The notes below the pieces were generated by a model that was not told the DNA's origin, did no database searches, and worked only from the letters and a program-made list of their open reading frames with translations. A stretch of DNA of 25,772 nt from a virus (Duplodnaviria; Caudoviricetes): positions 1 through 25,772 of the IMG/VR virus record IMGVR_UViG_3300042453_000205. One strand, 5' to 3'. Below are positions 25,370 to 25,772 of this stretch, piece by piece (position 1 is the first letter of the stretch; each line of letters starts with the position of its first letter). The translations under genes and the position numbers were made by a program.

Positions 25370-25772
25370 TGGCTGGTACTATAGGTACAGGATACCCCAC
25401 TAGTTCAATGAGTTATCATCTTATGAACTACCCTAAGGTAGATGTAAGTAATGGGTTATGCGTAGGACACGACGACCCAGACTTATGGTTTGCTGGTGAG
25501 GTAGAGTTACTTGAGGGTGAGGTATGGAGAAATACCAAAGACCAAACTCGCAGAGTTAATATAGAAATAGATAAGGCTATATCAGCCTTGTCTGTATGTA
25601 AGAACTGTCCCGCTAAGGAGAACTGTTTAGAACTAGGTATGCGTGGTCCACAATTACACTTCGGTATATATGGTGGCACTATGCCCGGTGAAAGACTGGC
25701 TATGCTTGGCAAGGTAACCAAGAATTCTTACAACATGATGAAAGTTAAGTTCGCCAATAAGGTTAGAAAAAC
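25369..25772 (+). CDS. whiB: WhiB-family Fe-S transcription factor (3' end runs off the window)
   Basis: Not in the ORF track; GLC..DPDLWF...CKNCPAKENC...FGIYGG.MPGER gives four Cys plus a G[IV]WGG-like turn. Confidence 0.88.
   Translation, partial: MAGTIGTGYPTSSMSYHLMNYPKVDVSNGLCVGHDDPDLWFAGEVELLEGEVWRNTKDQTRRVNIEIDKAISALSVCKNCPAKENCLELGMRGPQLHFGIYGGTMPGERLAMLGKVTKNSYNMMKVKFANKVRK

Larger units (their letters stand above)
1..25772. mobile_element. Tailed dsDNA phage genome segment (podovirus-like morphogenesis module plus divergent early module), probable actinobacterial host
   Basis: Terminase, portal, scaffold, capsid and tail-fibre genes in one operon; no tape-measure-like or sheath gene seen; WhiB gene; no cellular housekeeping genes and no integrase in the window. 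Confidence 0.95.

Noticed and set aside
25428-25721. Minus-strand 97-aa ORF
   Set aside because: Antisense to the WhiB gene, which the track missed because it lacks a stop within the window
1-25772. Alternative genetic code or stop-codon recoding
   Set aside because: Genes tile densely under the standard code, and TAA, TAG and TGA are all used as stops

Overview
The window is part of a tailed dsDNA phage genome (GC about 40% by eye). The host is almost certainly an actinobacterium, judging by a WhiB-family gene, actinobacterial-type LexA boxes and GACAC motifs; the low GC suggests a freshwater Nanopelagicales/acI-like host (inference). The minus strand (1-20861) is one late operon. In transcription order it holds terminase large subunit, portal, a proteasome-beta/HslV-like Ntn protease, four probable internal virion proteins, scaffold, major capsid protein, a run of tiny Lys-rich ORFs, a GT-A glycosyltransferase, a tail adaptor and modular tail-fibre genes. 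The plus strand (21387-25772) is a divergent early region with four SigA-type promoters, small ORFs, a Cys-rich COOH-NH2 amidoligase next to a class II glutamine amidotransferase, and a truncated WhiB. The most unusual element is the noncoding divergence region, where motifs resembling sites for several different host regulators (DnaA, MprA, LexA x2, CRP, WhiA) are packed into about 500 bp. Also notable are a 52-nt anticodon-less tRNA-like element, a pseudoknot-like leader upstream of the scaffold gene and region-specific avoidance of 4-bp palindromes. All calls come from reading motifs by eye; no database search was run.
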